The position numbers and the translations under genes were made by a program. A stretch of 59,195 nt of DNA, counting the filler. It is 5 parts of 5 records of this genome, joined end to end, with 100 filler letters (N's around TTAATTAATTAA, not from the genome) between each part and the next. Parts side by side here need not be neighbours in the genome. Positions count along the whole stretch, not along the records: positions 1 to 29,928 come from SRR20825006_2475; positions 30,029 to 37,235 come from SRR20825006_2484; 3 more parts are not named here. One strand, written 5' to 3'. Below the pieces are notes generated by a model. That model saw only the letters and a list, made by a program, of their open reading frames with translations. It made no database searches and was not told the DNA's origin. This document shows, one piece after another, positions 27,402-36,621 of this stretch. Within the stretch, counting starts at the first letter, position 1. Each line of letters starts with the position of its first letter.

Positions 27402-27923
27402 ATGACACACGCAAAAGATCAGGAAGATCACTACCGAGATGCGGCCGAGACCCACGGGCCAGCCATGCAACGGCTCGCATATGCGACAGAGGCCAATCCC
27501 GCCCGGCAGGCCGATTTGCTGCAGGATATGCATGTCGCGCTATGGCAGAGCCTTGCCCGGTTCGACGGCCGGTGCAGCCTCGGCACCTGGGTCTATCGGG
27601 TTACGCACAATGTGGCGGCCGACCATGTCCGGCGCGAACGCCGCCACCGACAGGCCGCTGTGCCCCTCGATTCTGTCGGCCAGATGCCGGACGGTCGCAA
27701 TGTCTCTGCCGAGCGGGAACAGGCCGATGCGCTGGCCCGCCTGCATCAGTGGATCCGGGGATTGGGGCCGCCCGACCGGCAAGTCATGCTGCTTTACCTC
27801 GAAGAAGTGAGCGCAGCTGACATTTCCGATATCACAGGCCTCACGCCCGGCGCTGTGGCCACCCGCATTTCTCGTCTCAAAACCCGCCTCAGTTCAGATT
27901 TCAAGGAGTCCCGTCATGACTGA
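27402..27923 (+). CDS. ECF RNA polymerase sigma factor
   Basis: DLLQD..VALW, TWVYRVTHN and region 4 (ISDITGLTPGAVATRISRLK). Confidence 0.92.
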   Translation: MTHAKDQEDHYRDAAETHGPAMQRLAYATEANPARQADLLQDMHVALWQSLARFDGRCSLGTWVYRVTHNVAADHVRRERRHRQAAVPLDSVGQMPDGRNVSAEREQADALARLHQWIRGLGPPDRQVMLLYLEEVSAADISDITGLTPGAVATRISRLKTRLSSDFKESRHD

Positions 27924-28512
27924 TTTCGACCAGATTCGCGCCCTGTGGACCGCCCAGCCTGTCGAGCCGTTTACACTGTCCGTAGACCAGGTGCGCAAGC
28001 GCACTGGGCAGTTTCAAGCCCGGATCCACCAGCGGAACATTACAGAGTATCTCGCCGCCCTTCTGGTGATCGGTGTGTTCGGCTGGATGGCGTGGCTCAT
28101 TCCGGTGTTCACGGTCAAGGCAGGCACGATCCTGATCATTCTCGGGGCGTTCTATGTTTGCTGGAAGCTGCACAAGATCGCCGGGCGGGAGGCTGGTCAG
28201 CAGGCGGATAATGCGGCCCGCCTGCTGGACCATTACCGAAGCGAACTGATGCGCCAGCGTGATGCGCTCGCCTCGGTCTGGCGCTGGTATCTCGCCCCGT
28301 TCGTGCCCGGCGCGGTGCTGTTCGTGGCCGGTGTGACCTTTTCGCCCGACACCGGCATGCCCTTCCTGGCAGGGCTGACAACTTTCGTCATCTCCATGGC
28401 GATCATGGGCGGCGTGTTCGCCGGCGTCATCTGGCTGAACGATCGCGCAGTGAAGCAGCTCGATGCAGAGATTGCCGAACTGAATCGGGCGTGGAGTGCG
28501 GACGACGCCTAA
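27916..28512 (+). CDS. Putative 4-TM anti-sigma factor
   Basis: Overlaps the ECF sigma gene by 8 bp; 4 TMs; WYLAP motif. Confidence 0.7.
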   Translation: MTDFDQIRALWTAQPVEPFTLSVDQVRKRTGQFQARIHQRNITEYLAALLVIGVFGWMAWLIPVFTVKAGTILIILGAFYVCWKLHKIAGREAGQQADNAARLLDHYRSELMRQRDALASVWRWYLAPFVPGAVLFVAGVTFSPDTGMPFLAGLTTFVISMAIMGGVFAGVIWLNDRAVKQLDAEIAELNRAWSADDA

Positions 28513-29348
28513 GTCGCCCTCGCGGCAGTCTTCCAGCAGGCTGCCGTGAAGACGATTTCATCTCCCACGGCAAATTCCATGAAGGCAGCCCGGACCACTT
28601 CGATCACCTTTTCCTTGGTCGCCTCATCCACGCCTTGCGCCATCGCATAGCCGACCGGACCCATCAGAGAGACATAGAGGTCCATGGCGGAGAGAGGGAA
28701 CCGGCACTCGACGTCCAGTTTCTCGTTGGTCACGTCCTGCCATCCGGCCTCGGACAGGATGCGCTCCACGCGCGCAGAATCCGCAAAGCCGAACTGGCCA
28801 CGCGCGTTCGGCTCGCGCACTGGAAGGTCTGGCAGCAAGGGGCGGGCGGCGGCTTCAGCGGCCGTCATGAACGGGTTCTCTGCCGGGTCACGCCAGCTGA
28901 GCAGGACCATACTGGCCCCCGGCGCAGTGGCGCGGTTCAAATTGCGAAAGGCCGAGACGGGATCTTCAAAGAACATCACGCCGAAGCGGGAGGTGATCAG
29001 ATCATGATGATTGGCGGCAAACTCATGCGTCTGGGCATCGGCCACAACGAATTCGGCGTTTGACCCGGCTTCAGCAGCGCGCTTGCGGGCATGCGTGATC
29101 ATTGTCTCGGAAATGTCGAGGCCGAGGCATTCTGCATCCGGGCCAAGGGCTCTGCTCATCGCCAGCGTCGTCGCGCCAGTGCCGCAGCCAATGTCGAGCA
29201 CGCGGGCCGCCCCCGCTGCCGTCGCGGTCTCAACCAGTATGCGCTCAAATGGCGTGAAGGCCGCATCCAGCAGCGCCTGCGCCCGCACCCAGGCCTTGCC
29301 TCCGGGGCCGTTCCATATCTCTTCCTGATCCTTGTTTGCCATGCTCAT
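28509..29348 (-). CDS. Class I SAM-dependent methyltransferase
   Basis: VLDIGCGTG and SRFGVMFFEDP motifs; start re-assigned to MSMANK. Confidence 0.9.
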   Translation of the reverse strand: MSMANKDQEEIWNGPGGKAWVRAQALLDAAFTPFERILVETATAAGAARVLDIGCGTGATTLAMSRALGPDAECLGLDISETMITHARKRAAEAGSNAEFVVADAQTHEFAANHHDLITSRFGVMFFEDPVSAFRNLNRATAPGASMVLLSWRDPAENPFMTAAEAAARPLLPDLPVREPNARGQFGFADSARVERILSEAGWQDVTNEKLDVECRFPLSAMDLYVSLMGPVGYAMAQGVDEATKEKVIEVVRAAFMEFAVGDEIVFTAACWKTAARAT

Positions 29349-29396
29349 GTGCGCGCGTGCTCCTTGTTTTTGCGATCTTGTGGAGGCACCCTGCCA

Positions 29397-29418
29397 CTTC
29401 AAGCCGACTTGAGGTCAA
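29397..29418 (-). promoter_or_regulatory. MerR-family operator overlapping the -35 of the methyltransferase promoter
   Basis: Minus strand TTGACCTCAAGTCGGCTTGAAG: -35 TTGACC plus a dyad resembling the SoxR-type box. Confidence 0.75.
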
Positions 29419-29427
29419 GAGTGTATC

Positions 29428-29856
29428 ATGGAAATTTCCGACGTTGCCAAACAATCCGGGATACCGGCCTCCACGCTGCGCTATTATGAAGAGCGCGGCC
29501 TGATCCGGTCCACCGGGCGGCGCGGCCTGCGTCGCCTGTTCGATGAAGACGTACTTGAACGGCTGGGCCTCATCTCCCTCGGCCGGGCCGCAGGTTTCAC
29601 GCTGGACGAAATCGCCGCCATGATGTCGGAAGAGGGGCCCCGCATCGAGCGCGCCGCGCTGATGTCCAAGGCAGAGGAGCTGGACGAGAAAATCCGTCAG
29701 TTGACGATCATGCGCGACGGCCTGCGCCACGCCGCCAAGTGCCGCGCGCCGAGCCATATGGAATGCCCCAGCTTCCGCCGCATCCTCCGCGCCGCCATGA
29801 CGGGGAGAATCTCAGCGAAGGGCAATCCGGTTGGGCTGGCAAACCGAAAAGGCTAA
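29428..29856 (+). CDS. MerR family regulator
   Basis: ISDVAKQSGIPASTLRYYEERGLI HTH; C-terminal CRAPSHMEC. Confidence 0.92.
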   Translation: MEISDVAKQSGIPASTLRYYEERGLIRSTGRRGLRRLFDEDVLERLGLISLGRAAGFTLDEIAAMMSEEGPRIERAALMSKAEELDEKIRQLTIMRDGLRHAAKCRAPSHMECPSFRRILRAAMTGRISAKGNPVGLANRKG

Positions 29857-29928
29857 TCCCCATCCATCCGCAAGGCAGCCACAAACGCTTCCTGAGGAAT
29901 CTCGACCTTGCCGAACTGGCGCATGCGC
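29853..29928 (-). CDS. lepA: Elongation factor 4 (LepA), C-terminal fragment at the contig end
   Basis: Manual translation RMRQFGKVEIPQEAFVAALRMDGD*, the conserved LepA C-terminus. Confidence 0.9.
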
Positions 29929-30028
29929 NNNNNNNNNNNNNNNNNNNNNNNNNNNNNNNNNNNNNNNNNNNNTTAATTAATTAANNNNNNNNNNNNNNNN
30001 NNNNNNNNNNNNNNNNNNNNNNNNNNNN
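29929..30028. other. Artificial contig spacer
   Basis: N44-TTAATTAATTAA-N44 (stops in all six frames); abrupt GC-rich to AT-rich switch across it. Confidence 0.98.
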
Positions 30029-31096
30029 TGGTCCTGCTATAATTATAGAGACAGTATTATTTGCTATAGCCAAATTTATACTGCTTACTAGAGCACCAAT
30101 GCCAAGCTGAGCAGTTACTTTATTTTTTATTAAAGACTTAATCTTATCCAAAATAAACTGTATACCGCCATGTTTTGCAACTAAAGCTGCTAAACCTCCA
30201 GTAAGTAGAGAGAGTAAGAAAATTTCTGTCATACTGGTAAAACCTGTATATGCTAATGTTGTAAACTCAATAATGGTGAAATCTGCATAGGCCAAACCTA
30301 AAACTCCTGCAGCAATAACACCTAATAGCAATACTACAAATACATTTATTCCTATAATACTTAATGCTATAACTAACAGGTATGGTAATATTTTTAAAAT
30401 TGAATACTGTTGTGAGGCTTCTATTACCTCTGTTGGCTGAAATCCGAATCCTTGTATAATAAGTATAATAATGGTTGCAAATGCAGCAGGTAATGCAATT
30501 TTAATATTCTGTTTAAACTTGTCACTCATTTTACATCCTAAAGATTGTGTGGCAGCAATTGTAGTATCAGATATTACAGAAAGGTTGTCGCCAAACATTG
30601 CTCCACCAAGTAAACCACCACAAAGTATAGGTAAGGATACACCACCTTGATCTGCAATACCTACTACAATTGGGGCTAGAGCTACAATTGCACCAACAGA
30701 TGTACCTGTTGAAACAGATAAGAATGCTGCAATAATAAATACTTCAAAATAAATATATTGAATAGGAATAACATCTAAGCCTAAGCTTACTATAGCATCT
30801 ACACTTCCTGTTGCTTTGGTAACTGTTGCAAAAGCTCCCGCAAGCAAATAGATGAGGCACATTGTTAGGATTTTGTCATCTCCGCAGCCTTTAAGTAAAG
30901 TATTTATTTTAGCATTTATTGTGTCTTTAAAAAGTATAAATGCGGTTATAATACCAACAATTACTGCGATGGGAGAAGGAAGTGCATAAAAATCTCCCTG
31001 ATAAATACCTACGCCTAAAAAGGTAAATACAAATACAAATAGTGGGAGTAAAGCTTTAGAACTTGATTTTGGGGATACTAAAGGTGTTTCTGTCAT
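30029..31096 (-). CDS. NhaC-family transporter, probably MetT-like methionine transporter; 3' truncated
   Basis: GTSVGAI and GAMFGDNLSVISDTTIAAT NhaC motifs; SAM-type riboswitch upstream. Confidence 0.85.
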
Positions 31097-31178
31097 AATA
31101 TGTTTTATTACAGAATCACAAAAGATGTTAGGAAGCGCAAATGGGTATGAATTAACATTTTTTCCAATTGAATTTGGC

Positions 31179-31241
31179 TTATCTATTTTAGCACCTTGCT
31201 CGTTATTGCAGGTTGCTATCTCTCTTTGAGATTCTTGATAA
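31179..31241 (-). ncRNA. Minimal SAM-I-clan riboswitch aptamer (63 nt)
   Basis: UUAUC-AAGA-[AUCUC AAAGA GAGAU]-AGCAACC-UGC...GCA-AGGUGCU-AAAAUA-GAUAA: P1, J1/2 and P3 core match SAM-I; lies between the promoter and the NhaC gene. Confidence 0.8.
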
Positions 31242-31250
31242 TTAAGGCTT

Positions 31251-31258
31251 CAAAAGTA
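31251..31258 (-). promoter_or_regulatory. Bacteroidota -7 promoter box
   Basis: TACTTTTG (TAnnTTTG) 9 nt upstream of the riboswitch P1. Confidence 0.7.
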
Positions 31259-31335
31259 CATGATAACTCATAGAAACCATATGCTTTTAAAGTAATTTTT
31301 AAATGAATTTAAAACCGAAAATATGGTAAAATTAT

Positions 31336-31367
31336 AATGCGCTTAAGGACAAAGCCTTAAGCGCATT
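31336..31367 (-). terminator. Terminator hairpin after the DJ-1 gene
   Basis: AATGCGCTTAAGG-ACAAAG-CCTTAAGCGCATT, 13-bp perfect stem. Confidence 0.8.
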
Positions 31368-31387
31368 TTATTAGATTGTAAGTGAGC

Positions 31388-32191
31388 TTACTTAAGGGAT
31401 TCTAACAATTTTTCTGCAACTAACTCAGATGATGCTGGGTTTTGACCCGTAATAAGGTTACCGTCTTGCAATGCATAGGCACCCCAATCTTCTGTTTTAG
31501 AATACTCACCTCCGTTTTCTTTAAGCATGTCTTCAACTAAAAAAGGAACAACATCTGTAAGCTGTACAGCTTCTTCTTCTGTATTTGTAAAACCAGTTAC
31601 TTTTTTACCTTTAACTAAAGGTGTACCGTCTTGAGACTTCACATTTTTTAAAGCTGCTGGTGCGTGACATACAAAAGCTATTGGCTTATTTTGAGAATTA
31701 AACGTTTCTATTAACTTAATAGAAGTTTCATCTGTTGCTAAATCCCATAAAGGTCCATGACCACCAGGATAAAATACAGCGTCAAAATCTTCTGCATTTA
31801 CAGTAGATAGAATTTTTGTGTTAGCAATTAATTTTTGAGTCTCCTCGTCGTTATTAAAGCGTTTAGTATCTTCTGTACTTGCGCTTTCATCATCACTTTT
31901 AGGGTCTATTGGTGCTGCGCCACCTTTTGGAGTTGCAATAGTTATGTTTGCTCCTTTATCTTTTAACGTGTAATATGGATTTGCAAATTCTTCAATCCAA
32001 AATCCAGTTTTTTCTCCAGTATCTCCTAGTTGATCGTGAGATGTTAATACAAATAAAATATTCATAGTTTTTTCGTTTTGTTGTGATGCTTCTGCAAGTG
32101 TATCAGAAGCGTTTTGTTTAGATTCACTTTTACAACTTGTAGCTGTAATCACTAATGCTATTAGTGTGGTGATTTTTAAAAAATTGGTCAT
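31388..32191 (-). CDS. DJ-1/PfpI (Hsp31/glyoxalase III-like) protein with lipoprotein signal
   Basis: TGFWIEE, YPGGHGP, FVCHAP and ITGQNPAS motifs; N-terminal ITATSC lipobox. Confidence 0.9.
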   Translation of the reverse strand: MTNFLKITTLIALVITATSCKSESKQNASDTLAEASQQNEKTMNILFVLTSHDQLGDTGEKTGFWIEEFANPYYTLKDKGANITIATPKGGAAPIDPKSDDESASTEDTKRFNNDEETQKLIANTKILSTVNAEDFDAVFYPGGHGPLWDLATDETSIKLIETFNSQNKPIAFVCHAPAALKNVKSQDGTPLVKGKKVTGFTNTEEEAVQLTDVVPFLVEDMLKENGGEYSKTEDWGAYALQDGNLITGQNPASSELVAEKLLESLK

Positions 32192-32197
32192 TATATA

Positions 32198-32830
32198 TTA
32201 ATCTAGTACTGTTACTAATTGTTCTTTAGGTTTTCTAACCTTAACTTGGTTTGCCAACCAATCATTATCTTCATCTCTATATCCTAATGGTAATAATACA
32301 GCACTACGTAAACCTTTTTCTCGTAGGCCTAAAATTTTATCTACAGCATCTGGATCAAAACCTTCCATTGGCGTGGCATCTACTCCTTCGTAGGCAGCAG
32401 CTGCAACAGCAAGTCCAAATGCAATGTATGCTTGTTTAGAGGCGTGAATAAAATTTTCTTCGGCATCCTTTTGAGGATATGTATTAAGTAACATTTGTCT
32501 GTAATTCTCAAAACCTTCATTTTCGTAACCTCTTACAGAGTTTGTCATATCAAAAACTTGGTTTATACGTTCTGCAGTGTAGGTATCCCAAGCAGCAAAA
32601 ACAAGAAGGTGAGAACTGTCTGTAATAACAGATTGATCCCAAGCTACAGGTTTTATTTGTCCTTTTATATCATTGTTGGTAATCACAATTATTTCGAATG
32701 GTTGTAAACCACTAGATGTTGGAGCTAAACGTGCTGCTTCTAAAATCCTGTCGATTTTGTCTTCATCTACAGTCTTTCCGTTCATTGCTTTTGTAGCGTA
32801 TCTCCAATTTAATTTATCTAATAACTCCAT
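32198..32830 (-). CDS. Nitroreductase family NAD(P)H oxidoreductase
   Basis: WRYATK, APTSSGLQP, DATPMEGF and KVRK motifs. Confidence 0.92.
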   Translation of the reverse strand: MELLDKLNWRYATKAMNGKTVDEDKIDRILEAARLAPTSSGLQPFEIIVITNNDIKGQIKPVAWDQSVITDSSHLLVFAAWDTYTAERINQVFDMTNSVRGYENEGFENYRQMLLNTYPQKDAEENFIHASKQAYIAFGLAVAAAAYEGVDATPMEGFDPDAVDKILGLREKGLRSAVLLPLGYRDEDNDWLANQVKVRKPKEQLVTVLD

Positions 32831-33044
32831 TATAAAATGTTTATGACGGTTAAAATATTCAACATAAAATCTATTTGCTAATTTGTGTTTTTAGTGAGTT
32901 TATATTGATTGTTAGTGCAAATTTATTTCAAATTTTAGCACTACATTTATTTTTAACTAACCTTAATTCTTTTGATTAACCTAGGTTAAATAAGACAAGA
33001 ATAAGTGCTGAAGAAATTGATTATCTTGGATAAAAATTAAACGA

Positions 33045-33422
33045 ATGTCATTAGAACAAAATAAAAACAGAGCCATTGCTTTTTATGAAATGGCCTACAA
33101 TGGAAACCCTAAAAAAGCGATTGAAAATTTTGTTGGAAAGGAGTATATACAACACAATCCAGATGTTGCAGATGGAACTTGGGGTTTCATTAATTATTTT
33201 GAACGTATGCACGCCGAATACCCTAATAAAAGTATAGAGTTTATAAGATGTATTGCAGAAGGTGATTTAGTTGCCCTACATACACATCAAACTTGGCCAG
33301 ATCAAGATGAATATGTAACTATGGATTTCTTTAAATTTGATGATAACGGGAAAATCTGTGAACATTGGGATGTTATACAACAAATTCCTAAGGTCTCTAA
33401 AAACTTAAATACAATGTATTAA
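33045..33422 (+). CDS. SnoaL-like protein
   Basis: YIQHNP, IAEGDLV and KICEHWD motifs. Confidence 0.88.
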   Translation: MSLEQNKNRAIAFYEMAYNGNPKKAIENFVGKEYIQHNPDVADGTWGFINYFERMHAEYPNKSIEFIRCIAEGDLVALHTHQTWPDQDEYVTMDFFKFDDNGKICEHWDVIQQIPKVSKNLNTMY

Positions 33423-33430
33423 TATTTTGA

Positions 33431-33461
33431 TTGGCGTTGGAACGCGTTGTACCAACGCCAA
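33431..33461. terminator. Hairpin between convergent snoaL and yceI genes
   Basis: TTGGCGTTGG-N11-CCAACGCCAA. Confidence 0.7.
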
Positions 33462-33470
33462 AATTTTGCA

Positions 33471-34031
33471 TTATTTAAACTTTAGGTACACATTAAACTC
33501 TACAGCTTCTGAAATTGTACTGTCTTTTAAATCGTGATTGTAATTAATTTGCCATCGAGATCTATCTATTTTAAATCTTGCGGTCATCGTGTTATTGTTA
33601 CCATCTGCTTTAGCTGTAAATTTTATAGGCTTAGAAACATCCTTAATAGTTAACATCGCATCAATTAAATGTTCATTAATGCTTTTATTATATACCACAT
33701 TTGTAAATTCTATATAAGCTGTGGGATATTTATAAATATCAAAAAAGTCCTCATTCTTTAAATGTGATACCAAACCTTCATTATAGCCACCGTCAATATT
33801 TTCAATTGTTGTCATATCTATAGTGAAATGACCACCAGTAATGTTTCCGTTTATGGTAATAAGTTTTCCGTCGTTAAACTTAACAAAGCCATGATGACCA
33901 GCAATTTTAAAAACATAATCAGATTTCCAATTTAGTAGACTTTCATCTGTATCTAAATCATACATCTTTTGAGAATTTGAGATGCAAACAGATAGCATCA
34001 TCACGCCAAGGCAAATAAGTAGTTTATTCAT
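33471..34031 (-). CDS. YceI family exported protein
   Basis: HLKNEDFFDIYKYPTA, LTIKDVSK and IDRSRW motifs; signal peptide. Confidence 0.88.
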   Translation of the reverse strand: MNKLLICLGVMMLSVCISNSQKMYDLDTDESLLNWKSDYVFKIAGHHGFVKFNDGKLITINGNITGGHFTIDMTTIENIDGGYNEGLVSHLKNEDFFDIYKYPTAYIEFTNVVYNKSINEHLIDAMLTIKDVSKPIKFTAKADGNNNTMTARFKIDRSRWQINYNHDLKDSTISEAVEFNVYLKFK

Positions 34032-34077
34032 AATTTTTATATTTTAGAGTAAAGCTACTTTTAGGGATATTTAAAAG

Positions 34078-34117
34078 TGTCAAAAGAATGTAAAAGAAGT
34101 GTCAACAGCTGTAAAAA
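34078..34117. promoter_or_regulatory. Four OmpR/PhoB-type direct repeats
   Basis: TGTCAAA (34078), TGTAAAA (34089), TGTCAAC (34100), TGTAAAA (34110); spacing 11/11/10. Confidence 0.7.
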
Positions 34118-34149
34118 TTCAGCAAATTGCGTGTTATTTGCACTATATT

Positions 34150-35019
34150 ATGAAGTTTAGATATCATTATTTTATTATATTTACAGCAACGTTGTTTCTA
34201 TTGCTCACTTTGAGTTGTTCCACTAAGGAAAAACCTGAAGTGTCCTCAGAACATATTAAAGTTGCTTTAAGAAGTGTTGGGCATCAACTATTATTGTTAG
34301 AAAACGACAGTACTTCTTTAGTAAAGCCTATTGAGAAAACAAACGCTACTACGTATAAGTTATCTTTTGAACGCTCATTTCAAATAGATCCTGAAGTATT
34401 AAATGCTACAATAGATAATGTCTTTAAGTCTAAACTAAACATCCATAATTATTTAGTTGAAGTGGTAGATTGTACCTCGAATGAAGTTGCATATAGTTAT
34501 GTTACAACAGCTTTTAAAGATGAAGATATAGTGCCTTGTAGTGGTCGTGTTTTACCAAATGATTGTTACACCATACTAGTAATGCTAACAGAAATACCAG
34601 TAAAAACATCTTCAACTAAAACTATAATATTCTACATATTAGTTACATTGGTGTTGGCATTTCTTGTACTTGTGTTTTATAGTAAATATGCAAGCTATAA
34701 AAGAGAGCAGCAAGAAGAACAAAACACAAACTATATAGGTCATTTTAAATTTTATCCAGATCAATTAATTTTGGTAAAAGAAGCAGAGGAAATCCAACTA
34801 TCTAATAAAGAATGCGAACTACTGGCATTATTTGTAGCTAAGCCAAATGAAGTTATAAAGAGAGAAGAACTTACCAAAAAAGTGTGGGAAGATAATGGAG
34901 TTGTAGTTGGGCGTAGTTTAGACACCTACATTTCTAAATTACGAAAGAAACTTGCTTCAGATGCTTCTATACAGCTAATAAACGTACACGGTGTTGGTTA
35001 TAAACTTGTAACCAATTAA
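34150..35019 (+). CDS. Membrane-anchored regulator with C-terminal OmpR-type winged helix
   Basis: Signal/lipobox LTLSC, Cys-containing exported domain, TM, then LSNKECELL...VWEDNG...RSLDTYISKLRKKL...VHGVGYKL. Confidence 0.85.
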   Translation: MKFRYHYFIIFTATLFLLLTLSCSTKEKPEVSSEHIKVALRSVGHQLLLLENDSTSLVKPIEKTNATTYKLSFERSFQIDPEVLNATIDNVFKSKLNIHNYLVEVVDCTSNEVAYSYVTTAFKDEDIVPCSGRVLPNDCYTILVMLTEIPVKTSSTKTIIFYILVTLVLAFLVLVFYSKYASYKREQQEEQNTNYIGHFKFYPDQLILVKEAEEIQLSNKECELLALFVAKPNEVIKREELTKKVWEDNGVVVGRSLDTYISKLRKKLASDASIQLINVHGVGYKLVTN

Positions 35020-35123
35020 CCACTATCATAAACAAAGAGTATAACTAAACCTCAAATCGTATTGTAGCTCTTAAACTCTATCTATCTTTGCTGTACACAA
35101 GATGCACTTAAACTTTGAGAAAA

Positions 35124-36437
35124 ATGGCTACAGATATAAAAACCCAAAAGGAAATTCTAGATAAGCTTAATATTAAAACGCTTAATCCTATGCAGGAGGA
35201 AGCACTGTTAGCAATCACATCTACAGCAAATACAGTATTACTATCTCCAACAGGTACAGGAAAGACCGTAGCTTTTTTATTACCATTAATTAACGACTTA
35301 AATAGAGATATAGAACAAGTACAGGCTCTAATTTTAGTTCCATCTAGAGAACTAGCCATACAAATTGAGCAGGTTATAAGAGAAATGGGTTCTGGCTTTA
35401 AAGCTAATGCGGTATATGGTGGAAGGCCATTTTCGAAAGATAAAATTGAACTCTCTCACGCACCAGCTATTTTAATTGGAACGCCTGGTAGAGTAGCAGA
35501 CCATTTAAGACGAGGAACTTTTGAGACTGCTGAATTAAAGACTTTAGTTTTAGACGAGTTTGATAAGTCTCTGGAAGTTGGGTTTGAAACAGAGATGAAA
35601 GAAATTATTGAAGCGTTACCAACTATTGAAAAACGCATCCTAACATCTGCAACCCAATTAGATGAGATACCTGTTTTTGTTGGTGTCACAAAAGAATTAA
35701 CTATAGACTATTTAGATACAAAACGCTCTAAATTAGAAATTAAAAAGGTTATATCTCCTAATAAGAATAAACTTGAAACCTTAGCTCAACTCTTACATCA
35801 TATTGGTAATAAGCCTGGTATCATATTCTGTAATTTTAAAGACACTATACGCTTTGTAAGTGACTTTTTGTTAAATGAAGGCATACCACACGGTTGTTTC
35901 TTTGGAGGCATGGATCAAATAGATAGAGAACGTGCTCTCATAAAATTTAGAAATGGAACTCATCAAATTATCGTTGCCACAGATTTGGCTGCACGCGGTT
36001 TAGATATACCTGAGTTAAGTTACATTATACATTTTCAGCTTCCCTTAAAAGCAGAAGAATTTACTCATAGAAATGGCCGTACCGCACGTATGAACTCTGA
36101 AGGTACAGCATATGTATTGCAATGGAAAGAAGAATATTTGCCAGAATTTATAACCGCTAAGCAAATTATCACACCAGAAGTTAATGTTCCTAAATTAGCT
36201 TCAACTTGGGCAACACTGTTTATATCTGGTGGTCGAAAAGATAAAATTTCAAAAGGAGATATTGCGGGACTATTGTTTAAACAAGGACAACTTGATAAAC
36301 ATGAAGTTGGTATAATAGAACTTAAGCAAGACTGTGCGTTTGTTGCTGTACCTGCTAAAAAAGCGCAACAAATAGCAAATAAAACTACAGATACTCGCTT
36401 AAAAAAGAAGAAAGTAAGAATTACAGTTTTAGAGTAA
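35124..36437 (+). CDS. dbpA: DEAD-box RNA helicase, DbpA type
   Basis: SPTGTGKT, PSRELA, DEFD, SAT and HRNGRTAR motifs; C-terminal GGRKDKISKGDI. Confidence 0.9.
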   Translation: MATDIKTQKEILDKLNIKTLNPMQEEALLAITSTANTVLLSPTGTGKTVAFLLPLINDLNRDIEQVQALILVPSRELAIQIEQVIREMGSGFKANAVYGGRPFSKDKIELSHAPAILIGTPGRVADHLRRGTFETAELKTLVLDEFDKSLEVGFETEMKEIIEALPTIEKRILTSATQLDEIPVFVGVTKELTIDYLDTKRSKLEIKKVISPNKNKLETLAQLLHHIGNKPGIIFCNFKDTIRFVSDFLLNEGIPHGCFFGGMDQIDRERALIKFRNGTHQIIVATDLAARGLDIPELSYIIHFQLPLKAEEFTHRNGRTARMNSEGTAYVLQWKEEYLPEFITAKQIITPEVNVPKLASTWATLFISGGRKDKISKGDIAGLLFKQGQLDKHEVGIIELKQDCAFVAVPAKKAQQIANKTTDTRLKKKKVRITVLE

Positions 36438-36621
36438 CAAGAACTTTATTCAAGTATTTGTATAAGTTTTATTAGTCTAGATTGCAGGTTTTTCAATGCT
36501 CTTCATCAAATCGCTTTTTCTGTCTGATTTTCAAAAGTTAAGCATCTAAAATTAAATGCTTAATACATAAGCATGCAGACTAAAAATAAGCGTACTTTCG
36601 CGCCTTCAAAAAAGATAAACT

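Noticed and set aside
29428-29856. soxR
   Set aside because: Lacks the four-Cys [2Fe-2S] motif despite the similar operator.
29929-30028. Horizontal transfer junction or biological TTAATTAATTAA repeat
   Set aside because: The identical N-padded linker occurs four times and is an assembly artefact. ORF ends inside the spacers (29981, 37287/37288, 44944) are false.
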